DNA of 64,000 bases from an uncultured Rivularia sp. (GTDB taxonomy: Bacteria > Cyanobacteriota > Cyanobacteriia > Cyanobacteriales > Nostocaceae), in NCBI GenBank assembly GCA_963665115.1, contig OY762007.1, positions 3,008,001-3,072,000 of the forward strand, read 5' to 3'. The translations under genes and the position numbers were made by a program. Each line of letters starts with the position of its first letter. Position 1 is the stretch's first letter. Shown piece after piece: positions 54,994 to 64,000 of the stretch. Below the pieces are notes generated by a model. The model made no database searches, had not been told where the DNA came from, and saw only the letters and a program-made list of their open reading frames with translations.

Positions 54994-56604
54994 ATGAACT
55001 ATAAATTTTTTACTAAAAATAATCAAAATAAAAATACACCGCAAAATCAACCTATCCCTGGCAGAGAAGCTGAAATGATTCAGGGAAGAAGCGGCGGTTA
55101 TATGTTTGATGCTGGTATATGGCAAATGCTGCGACGCTGTTTGCTAATTGGTACCGCTAAAAGCACTTATTATGCAGGAAAGCGCGAATTAACAGAAGAT
55201 TTTGTTTCAACCGTTCAAAAAGCTGTTGATGAAAACCCAAATCGAGTTGCTGAAGAAATTCTCTATGCTAGCGATGGACGAGCTATCAATAACAGCGCTC
55301 CTATTTTTGCTTTAGTGTTGCTATCGATGGGTAAAACACCGGAAGCTAAAAAAGCTTTTACAGAAATCTTTCCGCAAGTAGTTCGTACTGGCAGTCATTT
55401 TTATGAATGGTTGAGTTATACCAAATCGCTGCGGGGTTTCGGTAAAGTTGTCCGCGAAGCTGGTAAAACCTGGTTATCGCGTGCAGATGCTAAAGCTTTA
55501 GCTTATCAATTGTTGAAATATCAGCAACGTCATGACTTCACCAACCGCGATGCTTTACGATTGTTTCACGTCAAACCACCTTCCCAAGATCATGAATTAT
55601 TGTTTAATTGGGTAGTCAAAGGTTGGGAAGAATTACCAACGAATATTCCCAGCGAAGCATTAGCGCAAATTTGGTGGTACGAATGGTTGAAGCGCAATCC
55701 AGATCGAACCCATGAAGCTATTACTCAAGGGCGTTTGACTCATGAAATGTCTGCTCCGGTGGGCAAAATGGATAAGCAAGCTTGGCAATTGTTATTTAAC
55801 GAAATGCCGATTGGCGCAATGTTGCGTAACTTGGGTTCGCTGACTGAATTGGATGTATTGCGAACTGATGAAACTGCAAACCTCGATCGCGTTGAAGCAG
55901 TTTTAAATAGTAAAGAGCGTTTACGAAAAGGACGCATTCATCCGATTGATGTTTTGAAAGCCCTTAAAACCTATCAATCGGGAGGAAAATTAGGACGCAG
56001 TAAAAAGACTTGGAATCCAGTTAGCCGCATAGTAGACATTTTAGAAAAAGCGTTAGAACTGTCTTTTGATGTAGTTGAGCCTACGGGTAAAGTTTTCATG
56101 CACGCGGTTGACATTTCCGGTTCGATGTCTAGCAGTACCGTCAGTTCGGTTGGACTTACCTGCTGTGAAATTGCTACTACAATGGCATTAGTTACCGCTA
56201 AAGCTGAGAAAAACTATATGATTCGCGGTTTTGCTACCGACTTTCGCAACTTGGGCATAACTGCAAAAGATAGTTTTAGTTCGGCGATCGCCAAAGCTAG
56301 AAATCAAAACTTCGGCGGAACTGATGCTTCAGTTGCTTATGATTGGATGATTAAAAACAACTTCAAAGCTGATGTAATTTGTTTTTGGACTGACTCAGAA
56401 AGTTGGGCTGGTAGAAGTCATCCATCGCAGGCATTAGCACGATATCGTAAGAGAGTCAATCCCAATGCGAAAGCCGTTTATATCACTCTTGCACCTTATC
56501 AGATTACCTTAGTAGACCCCAAAGACCCGTTATCGTGGGACATCGGCGGATTCGATCCAGGTGCGCCGCGTTTGATTCAAATGCTTGCTGAGGGTGGATT
56601 ATAA
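54994..56604 (+). CDS. rsr: Ro60 / TROVE-vWA RNA-binding protein (Rsr orthologue)
   Basis: GGYMF...LRRCLLIGT...TYY, LLKYQQR, MPIGAMLRNL, RIHPIDVL, MIDAS VDISGSMS, GGTD, GGFD; RBS GGGAG at 54981 supports ATG 54994 (536 aa). Confidence 0.93.
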   Translation: MNYKFFTKNNQNKNTPQNQPIPGREAEMIQGRSGGYMFDAGIWQMLRRCLLIGTAKSTYYAGKRELTEDFVSTVQKAVDENPNRVAEEILYASDGRAINNSAPIFALVLLSMGKTPEAKKAFTEIFPQVVRTGSHFYEWLSYTKSLRGFGKVVREAGKTWLSRADAKALAYQLLKYQQRHDFTNRDALRLFHVKPPSQDHELLFNWVVKGWEELPTNIPSEALAQIWWYEWLKRNPDRTHEAITQGRLTHEMSAPVGKMDKQAWQLLFNEMPIGAMLRNLGSLTELDVLRTDETANLDRVEAVLNSKERLRKGRIHPIDVLKALKTYQSGGKLGRSKKTWNPVSRIVDILEKALELSFDVVEPTGKVFMHAVDISGSMSSSTVSSVGLTCCEIATTMALVTAKAEKNYMIRGFATDFRNLGITAKDSFSSAIAKARNQNFGGTDASVAYDWMIKNNFKADVICFWTDSESWAGRSHPSQALARYRKRVNPNAKAVYITLAPYQITLVDPKDPLSWDIGGFDPGAPRLIQMLAEGGL

Positions 56605-56613
56605 TTGCTTAAA

Positions 56614-56648
56614 GAGATAAGGGAATGAAATTAACATCCCTTTTTCTC
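56614..56648 (+). terminator. Hairpin with T-run after rsr (terminator or processing signal)
   Basis: GAGATAAGGGAATG...CATCCCTTTTTCTC. Confidence 0.4.
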
Positions 56649-56656
56649 TCAATCAT

Positions 56657-56767
56657 GGCGGGATTTCCTGGTTCGCAACTTGCCCATATCGGGACGATGA
56701 ATTTAGGATTATCGGCATCAAATCTCCACCATTTAGGGGATCAACGGGTTCGATCCCCGTACCCGCC
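56657..56767 (+). ncRNA. tRNA-like Y-type RNA 5 (Ro-binding module in place of the D arm)
   Basis: GGCGGG/CCCGCC terminal stem, conserved module CAACTTGCCC-ATATC-GGGACGATG...TTATCG, hairpin TCTCC/GGGGA, T arm ACGGG-TTCGATC-CCCGT, followed by T-run. Confidence 0.78.
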
Positions 56768-56913
56768 TTTTTATTAAATAAAGCAGCACAATACTTATTA
56801 AGAATGATTTATTTGGACTGCTATATATGCCTTGAGGGCAGTTTAGTAATAATTTAGAACTGTTAAATTGTTGATGAAAAATAATTTGCAGTTTATAACT
56901 TGATACTTAAACA

Positions 56914-57588
56914 ATGGCATTTAAAGGCGTAATTTTGGATGTAGATGGAACTTTAGTTATCAGTAATGACGCTCATGCTCATGCTTGGGTAGAAGCATTT
57001 GCAAAATTCGGTTACGAAGTAAAATATGACGAAGTTCGACCATTAATTGGCATGGGTGGCGATCAAATTATTCCTAAATTCGCGCCAGGGCTTTCCGATG
57101 AAGAAGGAACAGGCAAAGAAATAACTAGTTACCGCAAAGAAATAGTACTTGATAAATTTGTACCACAAATCTCTGCCGCAAATGGTGCTAGGGATATGGT
57201 ATTAAAACTGCAAGAAAAAGGAAAACGTATAGTAATTGCGACTTCAGCAAGTTCTAAAGTCCTAACATCTTTACTCAAAGTTGCAAAAGTAGACGATATT
57301 CTCAGTCAAGATGACGCTACAAGTTCGGATGATGCAGAAAATTCAAAACCAGCACCAGATATCGTCGAAGCTGCTTTGAAAAAGTTTGAAATGCAGCCTA
57401 ATGAAATTGTGATGATAGGCGATACTCCTTACGATATTAAAGCAGCAAATAAAGCTGGAGTACAAGTAATTGCAGTGCGTAGCGGTGGTTTTGATGATTC
57501 TGAGTTAAAGAGTGCGATCGCCATTTACAACGATGCGGCTGATTTGGTAGAAAACTACGATAATTCACCGCTAGCAAGCGCGAAATAA
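56914..57588 (+). CDS. HAD family hydrolase (phosphatase)
   Basis: LDVDGTL motif I, ATS motif II, KPAPD, IGDTPYD. Confidence 0.93.
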   Translation: MAFKGVILDVDGTLVISNDAHAHAWVEAFAKFGYEVKYDEVRPLIGMGGDQIIPKFAPGLSDEEGTGKEITSYRKEIVLDKFVPQISAANGARDMVLKLQEKGKRIVIATSASSKVLTSLLKVAKVDDILSQDDATSSDDAENSKPAPDIVEAALKKFEMQPNEIVMIGDTPYDIKAANKAGVQVIAVRSGGFDDSELKSAIAIYNDAADLVENYDNSPLASAK

Positions 57589-57677
57589 TTGTAATAGATT
57601 TATTTTTGTCGTAGTGTGGTTAAGAAAGGGTTATTTGAATTTCTAGCCACCTACATAAAAAATAAAATTCAAAATTT

Positions 57678-57974
57678 ATGAAATTAATTGCAAGCGTGCT
57701 GGTTTCGCTAAGTATTATGTTTTCATTCGCTTTACCCGCGAATGCTGCTATAAGCTGCCGCGATTTTAACGGACATGAAGTTTGCGTTCTTAATATTAAG
57801 CGTAGTGCTAAAAGATATTGGAATTACAGAACAACTATTAGTATTGATGGCAAGAAACAACCTAGAGAAGTCTATAACTGTCGTAGCGAATACAAGATTC
57901 AAAATGATGGAAAAATAGTCAAGTTTAAGGAAGATGGTGTAGGTAATTTAGTATGCAAATATTTTAAGAAATAG
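57678..57974 (+). CDS. Small secreted hypothetical protein with four Cys
   Basis: Signal peptide ending ALPANA; IKRSAKRYWNYR core. Confidence 0.75.
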   Translation: MKLIASVLVSLSIMFSFALPANAAISCRDFNGHEVCVLNIKRSAKRYWNYRTTISIDGKKQPREVYNCRSEYKIQNDGKIVKFKEDGVGNLVCKYFKK

Positions 57975-58389
57975 TTGGTTTTGTTTAGAATATTTGAATA
58001 AAAAAACCATTATAGACGCAGAGGGCGCAGAGGGAAGAGATTGAAGAGGAATAACTCGTTTCAGTATTAGAAATGAGTTATTTTAGCTATGAGATTTTAT
58101 TTGTTACTTGCTACGAGTATACAGGCAAGAATGAAGACGGTAAAACCTACGTAACTAAATACGGTTATCCAATCTTGCCAGTTAGGGGGAAGGATAAAAG
58201 ATGAATTGTTCATTGATGAAAATTAAAAGTATATTTTAAGTAAACTTTCTCTAAATTGAATTTCGATCTAGTTCCCAGGTTCAACCTGGGAACCAGTGTT
58301 TGTAGGCTCTGCCTCCAATTATTGCAACTGGTGCAAGATGTTACTTCTTATCTAAATAAATTTTAAATTTAAAGTTGTGACTAAAGTCA

Positions 58390-58737
58390 ATGGAAAAGGT
58401 AGAAAAATATCGAGAATATATTCAAAGTATATTAGCAGATTATGCTGAAAGTAAAACTTCATATAATCCCGATGATAAATTGGAAATGCAAACCATTTTT
58501 GATACAGTGCGCGACCATTATCAGCTAATTTATGTGGGATGGGATAAAAAAGGTAACAGAGTTTATGGTCCAGTAATGCACTTAGATATTAAAAATGGCA
58601 AGATTTGGATTCAGTGGAACGGTACGGAAGATGATATTGCTGTTGAATTAGTGGAAAAAGGTGTTTCTAGAGAAGATATTGTTATAGGATTTCAAACGCC
58701 ATTCATGCGTAAGTTTAGTGATTATGCTGTGAGTTGA
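58390..58737 (+). CDS. xisI: XisI family protein
   Basis: DHYQL...GW...HLDIKNGKIWIQ..GTE..IA.ELVEKGV..EDIVIGF. Confidence 0.93.
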   Translation: MEKVEKYREYIQSILADYAESKTSYNPDDKLEMQTIFDTVRDHYQLIYVGWDKKGNRVYGPVMHLDIKNGKIWIQWNGTEDDIAVELVEKGVSREDIVIGFQTPFMRKFSDYAVS

Positions 58738-58740
58738 TGT

Positions 58741-61113
58741 TTAATAGGTAAGTTTGCGTTTTTCAATTTCAGCGATAGGTAAGAGTAAGGTTTCTTCGAT
58801 GTAGGAACGAATTTTGGAAGTTACATAGGAATCGCTATTTAGGCAGTCTACTATTACCTTATTAGCAAAACAGTATTTATGTAATAAATTCTGTTGTTCT
58901 TTGTTGAACTGCCAATCATAACCAATATTGCGATGTTCAATCATGATTTCTCTTAAGAGTTTAGTCCACTTCTGACCGTTGACTTTCCACCATACACAAA
59001 ATTTATCTTTATCCACTTCCGAATTAGGTAAATCATTACTCATTTTTTGCAATGCTTGCTTTAATTTAGGTTCAAATGCACGGGTAAGACTTGCTATCAA
59101 AGAAATATATAAACACTCGCTAAAACTTTCCTTTTTAAGATTGTAAGGGGGATTCATTATAGATGAATAAAATAAAGCTAAAATAAGACTACAATCTAAA
59201 AGTAAGTTTTTAGTATAAGTTGGATGAACAGAAGAATCATTTACCGCATCTACTATTGGGATAATATTACGTTCTAAGGATGGATCTATATTAAATTGAG
59301 GCAAACAAACTTGTGTATCCCACAAATAATAACAGATACGAACACCGGCTGGTTTATAACTATCTGTGACAGAAAGAGATTTATCTTTTAACCATCCTAA
59401 ATACTGTTGAAACTTTTCATTCCTAGCTAAAAGTTCATCAACCTGCTTTTTCATCAACAATAATAAACAGTCAGCATTTGGCAACATCTCAACTGTCAGT
59501 AGAAATACTTCTTGCCATCTAGATTCATCAATATGGCTGGCAAGACTTTGCAAATCTTTATCATCTAAAGAATATGGATTACAGCTATTAACTATTTTTC
59601 TCGCGGTAAAATACTCCTGAAACGTCAAATGGGAAAATGAGTAAATTTCTCTTGCTCTTTCTACGAACAATCCATGTTGAGCTTCAATTGACTTGAGTAC
59701 AGCTTCACTATCAAGCTCTAGTGCTTTTGAATCTGTTTTTGCATCTGGTAAGTTACGAATATAATCAGCAATATATCGTTCAATATCTTTTTGTTTGAAA
59801 AAATAATTTTTATTCTCAAATGTAGTAAAAGCAACTTCACTCAATAAATCTTCTTTACGCTGAACAGATAGCTTCTTATAAACTTGTTCTCTAACAATTC
59901 CACGTTTTGCATCCCATTTTCTTAATAATGTATGGGTTGCTCTTTTATACAATTCTGCACGTTCAGCAGGAAAATCACCTGAATCTTCAAATTCTAAGCA
60001 TAGTAACGTTAGCAATAAAGGATTTGTAGCTAATTCTTTTATTTGCTTATTTTTCTTGAGTTGGCCAATAAATTTATCAGATAATTCCAATTCTTTAGTA
60101 TTAAACCACTTATCTACGAATATCCGAATCTGCTTATCATCAAAATCGGCTATTTCCACTTCTGTAAATTCTTCAAAAGTGTATTCACTAGCTGCAATCC
60201 TACAGGTTATAACAAATTGATTCTTGTAATATTTGAATAAATTTTTAATCTGTCTTAATACCCGCTGTATATCTTCTTCTCTGACTTCATCTAAGCCATC
60301 AAGACAAAAAAATGTTCTACCTTGTTTTAGTAAATTATCTACTTGAGCAGAGTTAATCTTATTGTTAACAAAAGTTTGAATAATAAATTCTGAAAAATTA
60401 GGGTGATTCGGGGTTTCAGCAAATTCTTTTAGCGTTATGAAAATTGGTACTTGATTAGCTTGTAACTCACCTCTTATGCATTGAATGGCTAAATACTTTA
60501 AAAATGTTGTTTTACCTGCTCCGGGTTTACCTAATACCATCAGTTTAGAATTGTTTTTTACAGCTTCTAAACCTGGTACTCGCTTTTGTTCAATATCCGT
60601 CAATCCATAGCGGTTAAAGTCGTGAAATTCTAGGTCAAAATTTTGTTGTAGTTTAGCTATTTCTAACCGTCTACGCCCTGTGATTTTCTCTAAAATATTT
60701 ACATCAGTATAGATATTATTTAAGCCGACAGGCTGCGTCATATCTAGTACCCGCATAGTGCCGCAGCGTTGCTGAATCGTTTCGTAAAATTGCGATCGCA
60801 ATTTTTCCACTAAATCATCTATCTGTTCTTGCGTACACTCAAAATTCTCAGTTGTTAAATTATTTACTTTTGCGAATTTAGTAGTAAGCCAGTTGAGCAA
60901 TTTTGTTTGTTTACCCGTACCTTTACCTTTAATACTAAACTTTTTATAAACGTTGCTCATTCTAGTTGTAAAGGCACTTTCGGAGATACATAGTTTGTCT
61001 GCTATTTCCTCCCGTGTATTCTTGCTTCTAAACAAAGCTACAAAAGTTTCCTCTTGTTCTGGTGAAAGCTCGTACTTACGAGCCATTTCAGTTAAAAAAT
61101 CATGCGGTAACAT
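58741..61113 (-). CDS. HTH-NACHT (STAND) NTPase
   Basis: N-terminal HTH (REEIADKLCISESAFTTRM), Walker A GKPGAGKT, LDGLDE, NPLLL, FSHLTFQEY. Confidence 0.92.
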   Translation of the reverse strand: MLPHDFLTEMARKYELSPEQEETFVALFRSKNTREEIADKLCISESAFTTRMSNVYKKFSIKGKGTGKQTKLLNWLTTKFAKVNNLTTENFECTQEQIDDLVEKLRSQFYETIQQRCGTMRVLDMTQPVGLNNIYTDVNILEKITGRRRLEIAKLQQNFDLEFHDFNRYGLTDIEQKRVPGLEAVKNNSKLMVLGKPGAGKTTFLKYLAIQCIRGELQANQVPIFITLKEFAETPNHPNFSEFIIQTFVNNKINSAQVDNLLKQGRTFFCLDGLDEVREEDIQRVLRQIKNLFKYYKNQFVITCRIAASEYTFEEFTEVEIADFDDKQIRIFVDKWFNTKELELSDKFIGQLKKNKQIKELATNPLLLTLLCLEFEDSGDFPAERAELYKRATHTLLRKWDAKRGIVREQVYKKLSVQRKEDLLSEVAFTTFENKNYFFKQKDIERYIADYIRNLPDAKTDSKALELDSEAVLKSIEAQHGLFVERAREIYSFSHLTFQEYFTARKIVNSCNPYSLDDKDLQSLASHIDESRWQEVFLLTVEMLPNADCLLLLMKKQVDELLARNEKFQQYLGWLKDKSLSVTDSYKPAGVRICYYLWDTQVCLPQFNIDPSLERNIIPIVDAVNDSSVHPTYTKNLLLDCSLILALFYSSIMNPPYNLKKESFSECLYISLIASLTRAFEPKLKQALQKMSNDLPNSEVDKDKFCVWWKVNGQKWTKLLREIMIEHRNIGYDWQFNKEQQNLLHKYCFANKVIVDCLNSDSYVTSKIRSYIEETLLLPIAEIEKRKLTY

Positions 61114-61225
61114 CAGATATTTCGTTATTTATCTAAAAAATTGAATAAATCCGGTTTAGTCTTTCATATTGCTTATTTTGACTTATAAATAGCAATTTTG
61201 AGCCAGCTACACACATGATTGGAGT

Positions 61226-61255
61226 TATGTCAGTCTAAGTCAGCCTATGTCAGTT
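61226..61255 (+). promoter_or_regulatory. Three 10-bp direct repeats TA(T/A)GTCAG in divergent promoter region
   Basis: TATGTCAGTC-TAAGTCAGCC-TATGTCAGTT plus inverted TGACTTA at 61179-61185. Confidence 0.45.
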
Positions 61256-61325
61256 TCAGTATGAGAGTTATCTCCAAAACAAAGTTGCAAGAATAAATAA
61301 GCGCAACTTTTAGGAAATAACTTTG

Positions 61326-61973
61326 ATGAAAACCACTTACATCAACCAACCCTATCACCACAAACAAAACAATCTTCCCAGCGTAACCACCGTTTTAAAG
61401 TCAACACAATCGGCAAAGTCTTTAGCAGCTTTATCTTCTTGGCGTAAAACAATCGGTAAAACAAAGGCAAATCAAATAGTATTTAATAGCTTTCGTCGCG
61501 GAAAAGCTTTACATCAAACAATTCAAGAACATTTGCAAGGTAACTTATATAAACCGAAAAACAAGTTTATCGAACCTTACTGGGATAGTATTCAATCCGT
61601 GCTAAACGAACTTAGCGATATTCAATTAATTGAAAAACTTATACCCAACTATCAAGAAAGCTATGCGGCAAGAGTAGATTTAGTAGCACGTTACAAAGGT
61701 ATTCCTCACGTAATTGAATGGACTACTTCTGAAAAACCGAAATTTAAACTTGAAAATCTTTATGACAAGCCTTTACAGCTAGTTGCTTATGGCGGTGCAA
61801 TTAATAGATATTATGGTGAAAGTCTTTTTTGCTGTAATATTCGCCGTGCTTTAATCGTTGTCGCTTTACCTGATAGAGAAGCAGAGATTTTTGAATTTGA
61901 CAGAGCAAGCTTGATTGATTACTGGAAATTATGGCATTCCCGACTAAAGTTATTTTATCAACCTAATACATAG
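61326..61973 (+). CDS. PD-(D/E)XK exonuclease-like protein with altered catalytic motif
   Basis: LPSVTTVL, RGKALH, ARVDLV, IEWTTSEK (for usual DWKT), LQLVAYG. Confidence 0.75.
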   Translation: MKTTYINQPYHHKQNNLPSVTTVLKSTQSAKSLAALSSWRKTIGKTKANQIVFNSFRRGKALHQTIQEHLQGNLYKPKNKFIEPYWDSIQSVLNELSDIQLIEKLIPNYQESYAARVDLVARYKGIPHVIEWTTSEKPKFKLENLYDKPLQLVAYGGAINRYYGESLFCCNIRRALIVVALPDREAEIFEFDRASLIDYWKLWHSRLKLFYQPNT

Positions 61974-62047
61974 AAGTTTAATGATTTTTTAGTCCGCGAA
62001 GGCGGACTTTGCTTCTGTAGCCCCACCCTTTGAGGGTGAGGGCTATT

Positions 62048-62659
62048 TTATGACGATTCCAAATCCCCCGGAGAATTGCAATTAAACAACATCAAATCCG
62101 CCTTCTCATCAACATTTAAAGCTTCTACCTCAATCCCCGAAAGCAACTCCTGAAACGAACGCTTTCCCTTTTTCAAAAAACTATCTAATTCTGTTTTCAC
62201 CTCTTTTCTATAAAAACCACACATCGGTTCCCAAATATCCGAACGTTGAGGAACTAAAGCTAATGTTGAAGTTGGAATTTGTGCAAGTTTATTTATCCAG
62301 CTTTGAATAATTTCTATATCTAATAAAGGTAAATCGCAAGCAAGTAATAATATCCAGTCGGCGGAAATTTGCTCTAAACCTTCGGATAAACCATTTACTG
62401 GCCCTTTTCCTGGTTGACTTTCAATTAAATACTGACAATCTGACGGCAAAATATTTTGATAGCGTTCAATCCAAGGAGTTAAAACATAAACTTGTTCGGT
62501 ACAAGCAGCAGCAACTTGATAAACCCGTTGCAAAATTGGTTTACCTTGATAATTTACAAGTGCTTTATCTGTGCCCATACGAGAACTTTTACCGCCAGCG
62601 AGGATTAAGGCGGCGATGGGGAGATTGGGAGATTGGGAGATTGGGAGATGGGGAGACAA
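62048..62659 (-). CDS. mobA: Molybdenum cofactor guanylyltransferase
   Basis: LILAGGKSSRMGTDKA, LACDLP, FNCNSP; start uncertain (lies in 8-bp repeats). Confidence 0.93.
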   Translation of the reverse strand: MSPHLPISQSPNLPIAALILAGGKSSRMGTDKALVNYQGKPILQRVYQVAAACTEQVYVLTPWIERYQNILPSDCQYLIESQPGKGPVNGLSEGLEQISADWILLLACDLPLLDIEIIQSWINKLAQIPTSTLALVPQRSDIWEPMCGFYRKEVKTELDSFLKKGKRSFQELLSGIEVEALNVDEKADLMLFNCNSPGDLESS

Positions 62660-62718
62660 GGGGATGAGTAGTTAGGAGTTATGAGTTATTTACCTTTAAC
62701 CTTTGACCTTTAACCTAT

Positions 62719-63171
62719 TTACACTAACCCAAATTCCTGAACTGCTGGATAAAAGTTCTTGTTTTCATGGCTACTACGACTCAATTTTATTAATGCAAAA
62801 CGTTGCAATGGTGTCAGTTTTTCCCATTCTTCAACTGCAATATTTACGTTAGATTCTGCGGCTTTTGTTTGTATTGTTTCGGGAATTTCTTTGTCGTTCA
62901 TCCAAGCGGGATTGTCTTCTACGGGAAGTTCGCTTGCTGCGGTTCCTGTTTTTTCAATAATCAAGTTTTGCAAATATTCTCGATATTTCTGACATTCTTG
63001 ATTACTCGTACATGGCATTTCAACTAATGCTTGGTGCTCTTGTTCGGTAAATTGATGCCAGTGAGATAATTTTAATTTGACTCCGCAGTTGTCAAGTTTA
63101 TAACGTACCTGCATGGGGATGCAGCGCAAGCTATCAACAAAATCAGCCTCGAATTTAAAAAAGTCGCTCAT
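62719..63171 (-). CDS. narM: Nitrate reductase-associated protein
   Basis: FEADFVDSLRCIPMQVRYKLD...LQRFALIKL...HEN, between narB and mobA. Confidence 0.9.
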   Translation of the reverse strand: MSDFFKFEADFVDSLRCIPMQVRYKLDNCGVKLKLSHWHQFTEQEHQALVEMPCTSNQECQKYREYLQNLIIEKTGTAASELPVEDNPAWMNDKEIPETIQTKAAESNVNIAVEEWEKLTPLQRFALIKLSRSSHENKNFYPAVQEFGLV

Positions 63172-63219
63172 TTTAATTATTCCAAATATTTCTTTTTTGC
63201 CACATTTTTCAAAAATTCT

Positions 63220-63233
63220 GTAACTCTCATTAC
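63220..63233. promoter_or_regulatory. Candidate NtcA box GTA-N8-TAC
   Basis: GTAACTCTCATTAC upstream of narM in a nitrate assimilation cluster; no -10 at canonical spacing found. Confidence 0.4.
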
Positions 63234-63450
63234 TTTTTGTAAAAATAAACTGTTACATTGACTACATTTTTGCAATTTTATCTAAAATGAAATTGCAGAA
63301 TTATTTATTTGAGAAAAGGTTTTGAGATGAATGTCAAACATTTAGGTAGCAATTTAGAACATAATGCTGAGTTTGATCGGCATCCGCAGCATAATCTTCG
63401 CACGATTTTTCTAGTTGTATTCGCTTCGTTTACTTTGGGTGCAATTCCGA

Positions 63451-64000
63451 TTACTTATGGTTCGAGGTTGACACCGGCATCAAGTCAGAATACTGTAACG
63501 GTTCCTGGTGAAGCAACTCTTTGGAAATCTGTTGGGGAAAGGTAACTGGTACAAGTTGCACGGCACAAGCTTTCAGTTCTGGTTGTAAGGAAATTGGACA
63601 AGATAAAGGATGAGTCAAGTTGTTAGCTTCGGCGTTGTCAGCCCACAAAGCGCCCCAGTGCATAGGAACGAATACGGTTTTGGGTGCGATCGCCTTAGTT
63701 ACTTTTGCGGGAAATTTAGCTGTTCCCCGACGGGATTTTATTTCTATCCAGTCTCCTTCTTGAATATTTAATTTTGCTGCATCGCGGGGATGAATTTCGA
63801 TGAAGGGATGAGGATGCATTTTGACGATTTTCTCAATTCTTCCCGTGCGGGTTTGGGTGTGCCAGTGACCGTATAATCTCCCGATAGTGAGAACAAAAGG
63901 ATACTCTTCACTCGGTGGTTCTGCTAAACCGCGAGAATGATAAGCCGCAAATTTAGCCCTCCCATCAGGGGTTTGAAAGCGTAAATCGGTGTAGAGACGC
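63451..64000 (-). CDS. narB: Ferredoxin-nitrate reductase, C-terminal part (runs off the window)
   Basis: [50 protein letters not shown]. Confidence 0.92.
   Translation of the reverse strand, partial: RLYTDLRFQTPDGRAKFAAYHSRGLAEPPSEEYPFVLTIGRLYGHWHTQTRTGRIEKIVKMHPHPFIEIHPRDAAKLNIQEGDWIEIKSRRGTAKFPAKVTKAIAPKTVFVPMHWGALWADNAEANNLTHPLSCPISLQPELKACAVQLVPVTFPQQISKELLHQEPLQYSDLMPVSTSNHK

Noticed and set aside
56657..56767. tmRNA (ssrA)
   Set aside because: Only 111 nt, with no tag reading frame and no Ala G3.U70 pair; it carries the same module as the upstream RNAs.
56914..57588. HAD phosphatase as an RNA end-healing partner of Ro60
   Set aside because: Looks like a generic HAD hydrolase separated by a T-run and ~150 bp; adjacency is the only evidence.
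58390..61973. Heterocyst excision element
   Set aside because: No recombinase, no xisH and no interrupted host gene in the window.

Overview
AT-rich chromosomal DNA from a filamentous, probably heterocyst-forming cyanobacterium (inferred from frequent HIP1 GCGATCGC octamers, 7-bp STRR repeats, xisI and narB-narM-mobA). 1.8-28.5 kb is a duplicated, partly decayed signalling cluster. It holds Ser/Thr kinase-AAA-GAF-His kinases, hybrid His kinases and a photoreceptor with a DXCF GAF plus a far-red-type cyanobacteriochrome GAF, and six units carry a GGGAA(T/C)ACT J-Box-like promoter. 28.6-53.6 kb is mostly housekeeping (cbpA/cbpM, leuA, labA-like, glmU, pyrD) plus a CHASE2-kinase / FecR / beta-barrel trio. 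The most striking feature is at 54.1-56.8 kb: a Ro60/TROVE (rsr) gene flanked by five tRNA-shaped RNAs, four upstream and one downstream. Each carries the same ~55-nt hairpin with a strand-swapped Y-RNA Ro-binding helix (CTTGCCC...GGGACGAAG), and removing it from one copy restores a 76-nt tRNA-Gly(UCC) cloverleaf. The window ends with an HTH-NACHT gene divergent from a degenerate PD-(D/E)XK-like gene, then nitrate reductase genes. Seven genes carry apparent +1 frameshifts that look like sequencing errors. All calls are by eye; no searches were run.
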